From the sequence record NZ_CP084508.1: a DNA stretch of 64,000 nucleotides, one strand, 5' to 3'. This document shows positions 19,559 through 29,589 of this stretch, piece by piece. Origin of the DNA: a plasmid. Every line of letters starts with the position of its first letter. Position 1 is the stretch's first letter. A program made the position numbers and the translations under genes. Below the pieces are notes generated by a model. That model did no database searches. It was given only the letters and a program-made list of their open reading frames with translations, and was not told where the DNA came from.

Positions 19559-19670
19559 ATACTTCAGGCTGAAATCGTGGTGATTTCAGCCTGAAATTCT
19601 CACATGAAATTCTTTAAATTCATTTAGTTAATAGCGAAATTTACGTGGAGAAACATTACGAATTCTCTCG
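19559..19670. repeat. parS-like centromere repeat, copy 2, abutting the parB stop
   Basis: GGCTGAAATCGTGGTGATTTCAGCC palindrome resembles the P1 parS arm GTGAAATCGCCACGATTTCAC. A TTTAAATTCA and CGTGGAGAAACATTAC module follows. Confidence 0.5.
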
Positions 19671-20645
19671 AGCCAAATGTGCCGCAAGTACCGCTTGAAT
19701 CGCCTCATCAAGTGCACTCTGTACCTCGGTAGATAGACGATTAAACTCATAACTAAACACTCGCCCATTTTGCTTCTTGCGAGCATAACGATTCTTATCG
19801 TTAAAATCCCATAATGGGGTAACTACCGGTTTTGTACGCTCACTATCAGTGAGTTCATGACTATGCTTGCGGAACAATGTCATGATGAGATCTTTACTCT
19901 CGTCAGGAGTCAGAGCCTTAGACTGAATCTCACACAACTCATCTTGAAGCAAGGCTACAAATTGTTCTGATGTATAGGATGACAACTGGAGCTTATTATC
20001 AATATCCAGCAATACTTTATAGTCAGGAAATGACAGTTCTGACTGTACAGGAAAAACAGCTAACAATGATGAGGGTACACTCGCCGCCTGCAATGCTCTG
20101 GTCACCTTAGCCTCAGAGAATCCTTCCTGCTTCGCAATTTCTTTTTGGGTTAATCCAGAGTTACGCAATGACTGCAAACGTAATCCGATCTCTCGTAGGT
20201 TATGCTCTTTCGCCGTCTGAATATCTTGAGCTAGCTGACGAGCATCCTGTACGGAGATTTCGTCTTCTGTGACCATCGCTTCTAATGGACGTTCAACCAA
20301 CAAAGCGGCAGCTCGCCGGCGAGAGCCATCTAAGATCTCAATCTGCTCTTTCCGCCGTATGCCTATAACGGGAAAGAATTGTTGCATCACTAAAGTCCGA
20401 GTAATGCTTTGCAATGACACAGGAGTCAATGCAGCCTGTTCTCGACCATTTGTTTCCTGCTCAACAAAGGTTTGTGTTTCAATCTCATGATAAGGGATCA
20501 CCACCCGTGTAAATCGCGCTCTTTTTCCTGATGCTAAGGTAAAAACCTGGCTAAAGGAATCTGCCCCCTCAACGGCAACTGATGGGGTCAGAGAAGGCGT
20601 AGTAAAGGTGCGCCCAATCGTTTTACGTTTTGTAGACATGCTCAC
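19656..20645 (-). CDS. parB: ParB partition protein (P1 type)
   Basis: 329 aa. Strong similarity to P1 ParB (…FPVIGIRRKEQIEILDGSRRRAAALL…GLTQKEIAKQEGFSEAKVTRALQAASVP…FSYEFNRLS…). Confidence 0.9.
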   Translation of the reverse strand: MSMSTKRKTIGRTFTTPSLTPSVAVEGADSFSQVFTLASGKRARFTRVVIPYHEIETQTFVEQETNGREQAALTPVSLQSITRTLVMQQFFPVIGIRRKEQIEILDGSRRRAAALLVERPLEAMVTEDEISVQDARQLAQDIQTAKEHNLREIGLRLQSLRNSGLTQKEIAKQEGFSEAKVTRALQAASVPSSLLAVFPVQSELSFPDYKVLLDIDNKLQLSSYTSEQFVALLQDELCEIQSKALTPDESKDLIMTLFRKHSHELTDSERTKPVVTPLWDFNDKNRYARKKQNGRVFSYEFNRLSTEVQSALDEAIQAVLAAHLARENS

Positions 20646-20646
20646 C

Positions 20647-21846
20647 TCAGTTCATACGGATAAATTCAATACGGTCAAAAACGGCTTTCGCAAAATCCTC
20701 TGCCGCAAGCCTAGCGTTTTTTAATGCTTCAGCACTTCCTACATAGGTAGCCGGGTTAGCAGAAATCACGGTATCAAATGACTCACCACAGCGTTCAAAT
20801 CCGTCCAGGCGGGGTAAACTGACATCCAACATATCTCCCCCAAAAATCTCCTTTGCCAAGCTGTGACACAGCTTATGATCAGGTTTATTAGACAATTTTG
20901 ACATAAAGCCGATATTGCCTTTCAAACGACACGGATAACCTGACTGCTCAATCAACTCAATAAGCTCTGGCAGTCGAGTGAGATATTTCAGTGTTGAGTG
21001 AAAGTCGACTTGTGCCGGCGGAATAGGAGTCATCAGAAGATCTGCTGCTGCAATCGCATTTTTGAGGAAGGCATCCAGATGAGGTCCGCCATCAATGAGG
21101 ATAAAGTCATAATCTTTTACTAGTTTATCGACGATATTCTCACGTAAAACAGCATGTGGGTTTTGCCCAGCGAGGTGTTCATGACATAACGAATCCCAAT
21201 CAGAGGCAATAAAAGCATCATCGATTGAAGCAGGGATCACATCGACTCCCGGGATCACTGAAGGTACGATAAACTCGCTCAATAACTCTTCCCGAGAGAC
21301 ATTTTGTAGCATAGCTTGCGCAGAAGTAGTCTCAACCAAGCCAACAGCATGATGATGATTTAAAAACATTGTCGCTGAGGATTGCGGGTCGAGATCAATG
21401 ACTAAAATACGCAAGTCTTCCATCAACAAGGCAGGATGAGTACGTAAGGCATGGGCCAGTGATACGGTCGAAACCGTTTTAGATACGCCTCCTTTCAGAT
21501 TACCTACAAACAAGCAAAGTGCTTCATGGTAACGATCTCGATACTTAGGAACGCCACGATGGTGATAAATATCAATGATATTCTGGATCGTGAGGGCATA
21601 CTTTTGAGATAAGCCAGCAGCACGTTTTTTAAAACTATAGCCTTCGGCCTCCATTTCACTAACAGCATAGTCAACATTCGCTCGAGTTAGTTTAGGTAGC
21701 TTGGAGAGAGCTGCTTTTGCATAAACCTGATAAAAGGTATCACCTTTTAATTCAGCTTTTTGTTGCTGGATCTGTTCGCTGAGGGAATGCAGCATTCTAT
21801 CCGCACGTTGTGCTAACTTGACTGCTGCTTGAGAGTTGGCATACAT
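20647..21846 (-). CDS. parA: ParA partition ATPase (P1 type, with N-terminal HTH extension)
   Basis: 399 aa. Near-colinear with P1 ParA (…FYQVYAKAALSKLP…LFVGNLKGGVSKTVSTVSLAHAL deviant Walker A…ANPATYVGSAEALKNARLAAEDFAKAVFDRIEFIRMN). Confidence 0.9.
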   Translation of the reverse strand: MYANSQAAVKLAQRADRMLHSLSEQIQQQKAELKGDTFYQVYAKAALSKLPKLTRANVDYAVSEMEAEGYSFKKRAAGLSQKYALTIQNIIDIYHHRGVPKYRDRYHEALCLFVGNLKGGVSKTVSTVSLAHALRTHPALLMEDLRILVIDLDPQSSATMFLNHHHAVGLVETTSAQAMLQNVSREELLSEFIVPSVIPGVDVIPASIDDAFIASDWDSLCHEHLAGQNPHAVLRENIVDKLVKDYDFILIDGGPHLDAFLKNAIAAADLLMTPIPPAQVDFHSTLKYLTRLPELIELIEQSGYPCRLKGNIGFMSKLSNKPDHKLCHSLAKEIFGGDMLDVSLPRLDGFERCGESFDTVISANPATYVGSAEALKNARLAAEDFAKAVFDRIEFIRMN

Positions 21847-21944
21847 GGCTATACTCCTTTATGTAAGTTTTATCAGTATAAGCATTAATCCAGCATAAAA
21901 ACAATTTTTATGTCATGTTTGGTGATGTGTTTCACTTATTCAGA

Positions 21945-21995
21945 AGGATCAAGAAAAGATCAAATGCCTAAGGCATTTGTTGATCTTTCTTTTTA
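21945..21995. promoter_or_regulatory. putative par operator/promoter: imperfect palindrome with clustered GATC sites
   Basis: GATCAAGAAAAGATCAAATGCCTAAGGCATTTGTTGATCTTTCTTTTTAGATCTT lies about 100 bp upstream of parA. P1 ParA autoregulates through an inverted repeat in parOP. Confidence 0.35.
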
Positions 21996-22051
21996 GATCT
22001 TTCTCTTTATACTCTGGTTTTTTATTTATTTTCAAGGCATTAGGTGTATTG

Positions 22052-22361
22052 ATGTGGAGTGTTTTCCTGTGTGGTGTGGATCCTTTTCCTGATTAATGTG
22101 GATCCATTTCATGTTTGGTGTAGCGTTATTTTCTGTTGATAAATCATAGAATTGCATCGTTAGTGATCATCTTTTGTTAAATGATGATCCGATGATCTAT
22201 TTGCTATAGGTGGAATCATTTTCTGATAGTAGTACGGTTCTAACGGTGGAATGATTTTCTGTTCCCTTAATGTGGATTCATTTCCTGTTGCATGCCTTTT
22301 CCTTTTTAGGTGGAAACATTTTCTGTCTTGGTTCATGAAGAAAAGGTGGAGTGATTTCCTG
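22052..22361. repeat. iteron array (~9 copies of an 18-19 bp repeat, consensus AGGTGGAATCATTTTCTG) with a GATC cluster
   Basis: Copies at about 22052, 22071, 22095, 22116, 22208, 22244, 22270, 22308 and 22344. A GATC-rich segment at 22160-22200 lies between two iteron groups. Confidence 0.7.
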
Positions 22362-22468
22362 TCATAAAAAAATCAATTATTATCAATTTGTTATACGTTG
22401 AACATTTTTTGCCTCACCCTATCTTATGTGGAATAATTACTCCAATATTCCACTATCGGGTGACAGGG

Positions 22469-23452
22469 ATGAACCATGACAATCTGACCGTTGTTCAGGG
22501 AAATGACTTATTGGAAGGAGCTTATGGTGTCACTCTTGATGAGATGAGGTTGTTGAATCTGGCTTTAGCGCAGATTGATAGCCGTAAACCTCAACCTGAT
22601 ACCCTCTATAAGCTCTATCCTAAGGATTACCAGAAAGTCTATGGTGTGAATGTGACCAGTAGTCATCGACAGTTACGCGATGCAGCGGAGAGCTTGATGA
22701 AAAAACCGGTCACCATCTACCGTGAAGATAAGAATGGCAAAATTCGAACTGTTAAGTTGTCCTGGTTTTCCCGATTGGAGTATGTCAGCAGTGATGATCA
22801 TAGCGCGGTGGTTCTACGCTTTGGCCAAGATGTTGCCCCCTATCTTTACGAACTTAAAGAGAGTTTCACTAAACTCGATTTCCTCAATCTAGCGAGACTC
22901 GATACACCTTTTTCGATCCGTCTTTACAGTTGGCTAGTGAAGGCGCGTAACCTACATCGCTATCGTAAAAATGATGCGATTGAGGTGACATTAGATATTG
23001 AGTGGATGCGAGAAAAAGCTAACCTACTTGGTAAGTATAAAGACTATCGAGACTTTAGGCAGAAGTTGCTTCAGCCGTCGATAGATAGGATCAACGCTGC
23101 TACCGATATTTCGGTGATCTGGGAGCCGGTAAAAACCGGACGTTCAGTGACAGCGATCCGTTTTGCTTATGTCGACGAGTCGACCCCTGAAGTGGTAAAA
23201 CCTGTTCGACCCCGGTTACCGCGCCGTCCCCATGTAACAGCAGGTTCAGCTGCCGAAGGAGAGTGGGCGCGTAAATGTATTCAGGTTTTAACAAACTACC
23301 GTAACAGTTTGTTGGATTATGATGATCAGGCTAAGTTAACCGTGCCTGATCTCCGAAAGTTAGCTGGATGGTATAAGACGATTGGTCACAGTGCGTTGGA
23401 GAAATCGGTACTGAAAGAGATCAGTTTACGTACCCGTCGCGTGAAGACATAA
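22469..23452 (+). CDS. repA: RepA replication initiator (Rep_3 family, iteron-binding)
   Basis: The ORF track starts at 22388 inside the iterons. The internal Met MNHDNLTVVQGNDLLEG at 22469 is the likelier start. …SWFSRLEYVSS…PYLYELKESFTKLDFLNLARLDTPFSIRLYSWLVKARN carries the Rep_3 initiator signature (F-T-x-L…RLYElL). Confidence 0.75.
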   Translation: MNHDNLTVVQGNDLLEGAYGVTLDEMRLLNLALAQIDSRKPQPDTLYKLYPKDYQKVYGVNVTSSHRQLRDAAESLMKKPVTIYREDKNGKIRTVKLSWFSRLEYVSSDDHSAVVLRFGQDVAPYLYELKESFTKLDFLNLARLDTPFSIRLYSWLVKARNLHRYRKNDAIEVTLDIEWMREKANLLGKYKDYRDFRQKLLQPSIDRINAATDISVIWEPVKTGRSVTAIRFAYVDESTPEVVKPVRPRLPRRPHVTAGSAAEGEWARKCIQVLTNYRNSLLDYDDQAKLTVPDLRKLAGWYKTIGHSALEKSVLKEISLRTRRVKT

Positions 23453-23510
23453 AATCTTTCCACCTATAGCGTGAGAATTGTCTGATACAGATAATCTCTC
23501 CACCTTTCGC

Positions 23511-24274
23511 TTAGCATAGAAAAGGGGTTGAACTGGGAAGCTGTAGCAGTGCTCGAGCTTCGTCTGAGTTCATCCCAAATCTCACACCTATCTGTCCGGC
23601 AACATCGAGTGCAAACACCCGCGTATAGATCTCGGTACTTTTGTAGTCACGGTGTCCCATAAAAGACTGCAAAATTTTAGGGTGAACACGGTTATAAAGA
23701 AGATGCATGGCAAAGCTATGCCGGAAAGTATGCGGCGTAATACTCGCGATGGAGAACTGAACCCCTTCATTAGTTGCGGCTTGTAGTGCCTCTTTTAACC
23801 AGTTGCGTGCCGTATCGTCCGAAATCTCCCAAACTGGCCTGGTGACATAACGATTAAATGTTGCCAAGTGATCCCGTAATCGACGGACAAATTGGGGATC
23901 GAGTAAAGGAACGGTTCGTTTTACGGGACTATCTTTGCCTGGGCGGCCCCGGCGTCCTGCGGTTTGATTACGCTGTTTGAGGGTTCGTAAGATCACAAAG
24001 GGTTTGACCGCATCCAGCACTATCTCCCGAGGGGTAACACTCAGGGCTTCATTAATCCGCGCGCCGGTATTCCATAAAAAATCGAACAGCATACGTTTAC
24101 GAAGATCTTGAAAATGGTCGAGTAACACCGTTATCTCGGGAGCCAAGAGGTAGGCCGGTTGGTCGAGGTGCTCATGGCCATCCGGCGTAGAGCAATGGCT
24201 TGAGCGACATCAAAGGACTGGCCAGAGGGGGTGAGCAGTGGGCCAGCTGTGGTATCACGAGTGATCAGTGTCAT
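23511..24274 (-). pseudogene. tyrosine recombinase (plasmid resolvase/XerD-like), apparently frameshifted near the N-terminus
   Basis: C-terminal catalytic region HTFRHSFAMHLL…LQSFMGHRDYKSTEIYTRV (R…HxxR…Y) lies in ORF 23511..24146, which starts at TTG. A 47-codon N-terminal piece (MTLITRDTTAGPLLTPSGQSFDVAQAIALRRM…) starts at the ATG at 24274 in a different frame. Confidence 0.55.
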
Positions 24275-24839
24275 CGGTACTCCTTCTTTTTATTCAGTGA
24301 GCAGAAAATCATTCCACCTTTCCGGTCAGACGATCAGGCTCCTTCCAAGTGGAGAGGAGGATGAATAGTGCGTGCGCTACGTAAAATCTGCTGTAGGATA
24401 GCCTTGATAGATTTTTATTTTTCACGTAGCGCGATCATCCGTGTCATGGTGCATATTGCGTGTTTTTTCTGCTAATTGTCGGGTGTGTTTGTACTATTGT
24501 GCCTGATCCTGACGCGGGGATCGTCTACAAAAAATCCCCTCGCCCGGATCCTTTTTTCGGTAAAACACACCATATAAGGATAAATCATGAATCCAAGGAA
24601 GGGGATGTGAAGGGCTGAGGAGTGGCATGATCTGTCGATAGAGCACAACCATTACAACATATGGTATGTTGTCTCAATATGTAGGCACATCATGTTGATT
24701 GTCCATAGAAAATGTGGATAACCCTATACAGATCGTCAATATAGGAGTTTTGACAAAAAAATATAAACTATGTGTATATTCCACATTAGGGTATGTCACA
24801 TAGCTATTTTTTGTACATTTTGACGTCTGTTTTAACTAC

Positions 24840-25520
24840 AAAAAATCTTTTAATGTAGCTCGTTACGATTTCCCTGATGATGCATGGGCACTGATTTCCC
24901 TTCTGTTACCGCCTAAAGAAGCACCTCACAAGGTGACCGCCCCTACTTTTCACAATGAACGATATTTTCTGGGAACTTTGTTCAGGCGCACCGTGGATAG
25001 ATTTATCCAAGTGTTATGGTCACGGGAAAATTATTTATAACCAGTTTAACCGGTGGTCTAAGGCCGGAGTTATGAGCACTATTTTCAATAGTGCTGATCC
25101 AAATTCAGGATAAAAAAATTAATCAATGGAGATGTTATTGCGCTTGATGGTAGTAATATCCGTGCCTTAAAAGCCGCCACAGGTGCGAAAAAAATCCAGA
25201 TAAGCTCGATGAGCATGGGCTGGGTCGCTCTCGTGGCGACTTTGCACCCAAATCCATCAGACGACAGATACAGATGGCTCAAGATTGCCATTAAGTTTCT
25301 TCCTGAGTTGCGGGCAGGCTAATGAAAGCCGGTACGCCAGGTCCTAACTGAAGCGAGTGGGTATCATCCGAATAAAATTGCGTCTAAAAGCGGTACTGGC
25401 GGATAAGGGGTACTCAGGGAAAAACATCCGTATTTATATGAAAGAAAAGGGAATCAAGGTGGTTATTCCTGAAAAGGTCAGTTGTGATAACCATCGTACA
25501 CCCGACAGGCAACTCTATAA
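24840..25520 (+). pseudogene. decayed IS5/IS4-superfamily transposase (DUF4096-like N-terminus), multiple stops
   Basis: Translated fragments DDAWALISLLLPP… and NQFNRWSKAGVMSTIFNS… resemble the IS5-family N-terminal domain (…W..i.PLLP…Y.rf.rW.k.Gvw..if). The frame is broken repeatedly. Confidence 0.45.
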
Positions 25521-25621
25521 AAAAACGTAAGTCCGTAGAACACTGAATAGTGTATGTAATATATTGTATTAGTCGCGACTTGATCTGACACTGAGCCTTG
25601 AAAGGTTGAGAGTTACCGGTT

Positions 25622-25880
25622 TTGATATGGGGGTCGAATCCTTATACAAAACACGAGGTAACTCTCATGCTTCATACTACCAATCCCGTTATCAAACACA
25701 AAACCGGTTTGCTCAATCTGGCTGAAGAACTCAGCAACGTATCAAAAGCCTGTAAAATCATGGGCGTTTCGCGTGATACGTTTTATCGTTACCGCGAACT
25801 GACCGATGAAGGCGGTATGGATGCGCTGATTAATCGTAGTCGCCGCGCTCCTAACTTTAAGAACCGTACCGATGAGGCAA
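25622..25880 (+). pseudogene. IS481-like transposase N-terminal HTH fragment
   Basis: MLHTTNPVIKHKTGLLNLAEELSNVSKACKIMGVSRDTFYRYRELTDEGGMDALINRSRRAPNFKNRTDE resembles the IS481-family N-terminus. It is truncated by IS110 fragment A. Confidence 0.4.
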
Positions 25881-26300
25881 CTTTGACTGGCACGAACCGC
25901 ATGTTAGGTCGAGTGACGGCTTCGCAAATAGCCTCTGCGTCTGCAGCATCATGCTTATTGGTTTTGACATAGAGCTTTATGAACTGATGGACCATCAGCT
26001 TGACGTTATGGCCCATCGATATTAGTTTGCCGGCCCAAAAGTGGGCAGAAGCACAGGCTTCCATGCCGATCAAACATGGAGGGATGTTGGCAAAAAAGGA
26101 ACGCATTTTTGCTCGCTTGAGTTGCTTGTTGAACAACCGATTGCCGTGTTCGTCAGTTCCGTGGATCTGAAAAACCTCTTTTGCTAAATCGATGCCGATA
26201 GTCTTAATACTCATGATGGCCGCTCCGCTCAAGTAGTGACGACTTATCGTCCCACTGCGGCACAAAATGTAGAGGGCGACCATTCCATTAACAAAGCCGT
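25880..26300 (-). mobile_element. IS110-family fragment A (transposase N-terminal ~135 codons only)
   Basis: MSIKTIGIDLAKEVFQIHGTDEHGNRLF…GMEACASAHFWAGKLISMGHNVKL…KHDAADAEAICEAVTRPNMRFVPVK is the IS110 DEDD N-domain. It breaks right after …RFVPVK. The end motif ATTCCATTAACAAAGCC lies at 26284-26300. Confidence 0.6.
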
Positions 26301-26790
26301 GGTAGTGTTATAATTTCTTTCTTCAGAAGCCATAACTGAAGAAGAAAAAAAGAAAGCACATACAGCGAAGGTGAGTAATCCGTTAATTCTGAAAATACTG
26401 TTCACTTAGGGAAAACCTCTAAAATGTATTCATTTTTATTGTTTATGATATTGACTCACTTTTTAAATGATTGTCAACCACTCACACCTCATTAACATAC
26501 CACATTTCATCAGCCCATAAAAAAACGGTATTTTAATTAAAAATTCTACACTCAACCATAAAGCAACGAGTTTTATGATAATAACTACTATTAATTATTA
26601 TTATTTCAGAATTAAATCACTTAACATGGTTTAACTATAAAACAACAAAATAAAAACATAATCAGTGGTGCTAGTATATATAATATAAGCCTCCCCCCTT
26701 TAACTAGGGCCACATTGCGCAAAAAAACGAAGTTATTCACACAAATAATTTCATAACCATTTTTTTGATTGAAAATTGAGCTAATATTGT

Positions 26791-27885
26791 ATGATCGATA
26801 AATATGGTTACAATGAAAGCCAATGTTTATTGGTTTACCAAAAGAGGTCATATGTTAATTTAGCAAAATGTTTTTTAAATATGGCTGCAGCCAAATCGAA
26901 TTGGCATCAAATAGAGATTAACTACAATCTTCATACTTTCATTATGAATAAAAAAATAGATCTTCATGCTGAAGGGATTGATGGAATGAATCAATGGATT
27001 AAAACTGCAACCAATCACCTAGGGTTTGATATCGCAAATATTAATATTCCAACAAATGCTGATATGGATGCATTTATTGGTGATATGCAAATTGAGGAAG
27101 CAAGTAATAAAATAATATTGGTGAGAGTAAACTCCTCACCGCAGCAAATAGCATTAACTCACAAAGATTGTTTTAGTGAGAAAGAGCATATAGTGTTATT
27201 GCATGCATGTTCCACACTACAAATAACAACTCCGCAAAGTAGAATAATAATACCAAGAGGTGATGGTATAGTTATCCCATTATGGGAACCATATGTAGAA
27301 ACAAGTCTCATGCACAGAAATACCATATCGCTTATAATAAACACTTCAATCATATCAGAACAACATAGTGAGATATTAAAAAAATTATGGGGTAAAGTAT
27401 CAAAGCTCCACTATGGAGATATACTCAATACTTTAGTATTGAAATTATATGATCAGCCCCCATTATCTACATATACTGAAAAGCTATTGAAAACTATTGG
27501 TGATACTTTATCACTGCAAATTGAACACTATATCCAGAATGGCTATCAACGCGAGCAAAATATTTCTAGTTTATATCAGATACTTGAAGTAATAAGAAGC
27601 AATATGAAGAATCCAAACTTTTGTATTGATGATTTGGCTAGGCAATATCTGGTTACGCCTAGAGCTATTCAGCATGTGTTATCAAAGCACAATTTAACAT
27701 TTACGAAATTATTACAACAACAGAGATGTAATCTTCTATGCCAAAAAATAAAATTGAATAAAAAAGATAAACTACAAACTCTTGCTATGGAGTGTGGGTT
27801 TAAGAATATAGACATGGCGAATCGCCATTTTTCAAAAAACTATGGCGTATGTATAAGAGAGTTTAAAAAAAATAACAGAGAGTGA
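26791..27885 (+). CDS. AraC/XylS-family transcriptional regulator (long form, AT-rich)
   Basis: C-terminal AraC HTH (…TPRAIQHVLSKHNLTFTKLLQQQRCNLLCQKIKL…LAMECGFKNIDMANRHFSKNYGVCIREF). N-terminal half is paralogous to the regulator at 61473..62456 (VNSSPQQIALTHKD…LLHACS…PRGDGIVIPLWEPYVET). The true start may be internal. Confidence 0.7.
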   Translation: MIDKYGYNESQCLLVYQKRSYVNLAKCFLNMAAAKSNWHQIEINYNLHTFIMNKKIDLHAEGIDGMNQWIKTATNHLGFDIANINIPTNADMDAFIGDMQIEEASNKIILVRVNSSPQQIALTHKDCFSEKEHIVLLHACSTLQITTPQSRIIIPRGDGIVIPLWEPYVETSLMHRNTISLIINTSIISEQHSEILKKLWGKVSKLHYGDILNTLVLKLYDQPPLSTYTEKLLKTIGDTLSLQIEHYIQNGYQREQNISSLYQILEVIRSNMKNPNFCIDDLARQYLVTPRAIQHVLSKHNLTFTKLLQQQRCNLLCQKIKLNKKDKLQTLAMECGFKNIDMANRHFSKNYGVCIREFKKNNRE

Positions 27886-27928
27886 TTTTTATCAAATTTA
27901 ACCAACTATATATTGATATCTGATGGGC

Positions 27929-28362
27929 TTTGTTGATGGAGTGGTCGCCCTCTACATTTTGTGCCGCAGTGGGACGATAAGTCGTCACTACTTGAGCGGA
28001 GCGGCCATCATGAGTATTAAGACTATCGGCATCGATTTAGCAAAAGAGCTTTTTCAGATCCACAGAACTGACGAACACGGCAATCGGTTGTTCAACAAGC
28101 AACTCAAGCGAGCAAAAATGCGTTCCTTTTTTGCCAACATTCCTCCATGTTTGATCGGTATGGAAGCCAGTGCTTCTCTCACTTTTGGGACTGGAAACTA
28201 ATATCGATGGGCCATAACGTCAAGCTGATGTGATGGCCCATCAATTCATAAAGCCCTATGTCAAAACCAATAATGCAGACACAGAGACTATTTGCGAAGT
28301 CATCACACACCACAACATGCGGTTCGTGCCAGTCAAGACTCCTGAATTCCATTAACAAAGCC
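27929..28362 (+). mobile_element. IS110-family fragment B (degraded miniature derivative with both end motifs)
   Basis: Same N-terminal transposase segment as fragment A, inverted relative to A and carrying frameshifts. Starts with GGCTTTGTTGATGGAGT and ends at …caagactcctgaATTCCATTAACAAAGCC, the inverse of the left-end motif. Confidence 0.55.
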
Positions 28363-28440
28363 GTTGTAAACATACCTGAGTCAGTGCTGTAGGATTTTTA
28401 CTACAAACGCTCATCGAATTCATAGATAAGCGCCAGGTCA

Positions 28441-29589
28441 TCTAAATAGCTGCGCCTAATAGCGCTACACTTTTGCCAGACCATGTCTCCCTCTAGGGAA
28501 TGGACTGGCGGTTTCCATAAAATGGCGAACCTTTTTCAACAATTGCCACATTGAATGACACTGATGATTTCGGGTTATCGTGTCATGAAGTGCCTGCCAT
28601 AGACGCTCAACATGGTTCGCCTGGCTGGTAAATTACCCTGAACTTCGGGTTTGCTTTCAGCCACCGCTGGGTTTCACGACTTTTGTGGATTATGTAGTTA
28701 TCCACGATTAACGTGATGGTTTTTGCCCGCCGGTATGTGGCTTTCAGGTGCTTCAGCAGACCGATAAACAGCACTGAACTTTTGCTGTTGCCACCTACGT
28801 AGCTGACTTTACCCGTTCCACTGTGCAATGCTCCGGCCCCAGATAGTATTTTTCATTCTGCCCCGGCGTTACCACACGTTTTTGTTGCCCGCGAAGCTGC
28901 CAGTCTGCGCCGATTTTTGGATTGAGATGGATATCCACTTCATCCTCATAAAAAACCGGATGCTCCACACTGCATTCGTCCAGCGCTTTATGGATTGCTG
29001 CCATTTTTTCATCTTTATGTGGGTCACGGATACGCAGTGTCGGTGCTGCCCTGCGCCATACCAGTCCGGCTGATGGCAGCCAGCGACGAACGGTTCCGGC
29101 GTGTAACTGGCACCCGGTTATCTCGTTGATTTTTATCGTCAGTAGTTCTGTACTCCAGCGTGAGCGTTGATAACCAAAATCACCGGGAGAATGTTTTATC
29201 AGTTCACGTAACAAGGTGCAGATATGCTCAAAAGGCCAGCGTCGGGAGCGTCCTGTTGGTAAGGATTTCAGGCCTTCCGCTCCCGACAACGTGAACCAGT
29301 TAATCCAGCGCCCAACGGATGAACGGGCGCAACAGAGCGTTCTGGCGACGTCGCTGACACGGTCACCCCGGTGCAGCATTAGCATGGCAGTCAGTCTGCG
29401 GGCATGATTTTTATCACGTGTTTTATGAATCGCTTTCTGCATCAGGCGTCGTTCTGTACGGGGTATTGGTGCTATGATCGGCATCACTCAGTCCGGTTGA
29501 TGGTTTGGGATATTTGGCGATTGATCAGATCGCACAATCCGGGCTGAGTTCCCTTTCGGTGATCTACTATTCCGCTCAGCTATTTAGTC
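28441..29589 (-). mobile_element. IS630-family element, copy 1 (transposase disrupted)
   Basis: ORFs 28795..29487 and 28607..28828 together match the IS630-family transposase seen intact at 56.9-58.0 kb. Relative to that copy, a small deletion near 28600 disrupts the second ORF. End motifs TAAATAGCTG…AATAG flank the element. Confidence 0.7.

Noticed and set aside
26791-27885. Calling the AraC regulators 'Rns/CfaD'
   Set aside because: Recalled Rns sequence (265 aa) shows no clear N-terminal similarity. The proteins here are about 100 aa longer. Kept as a generic AraC family call.
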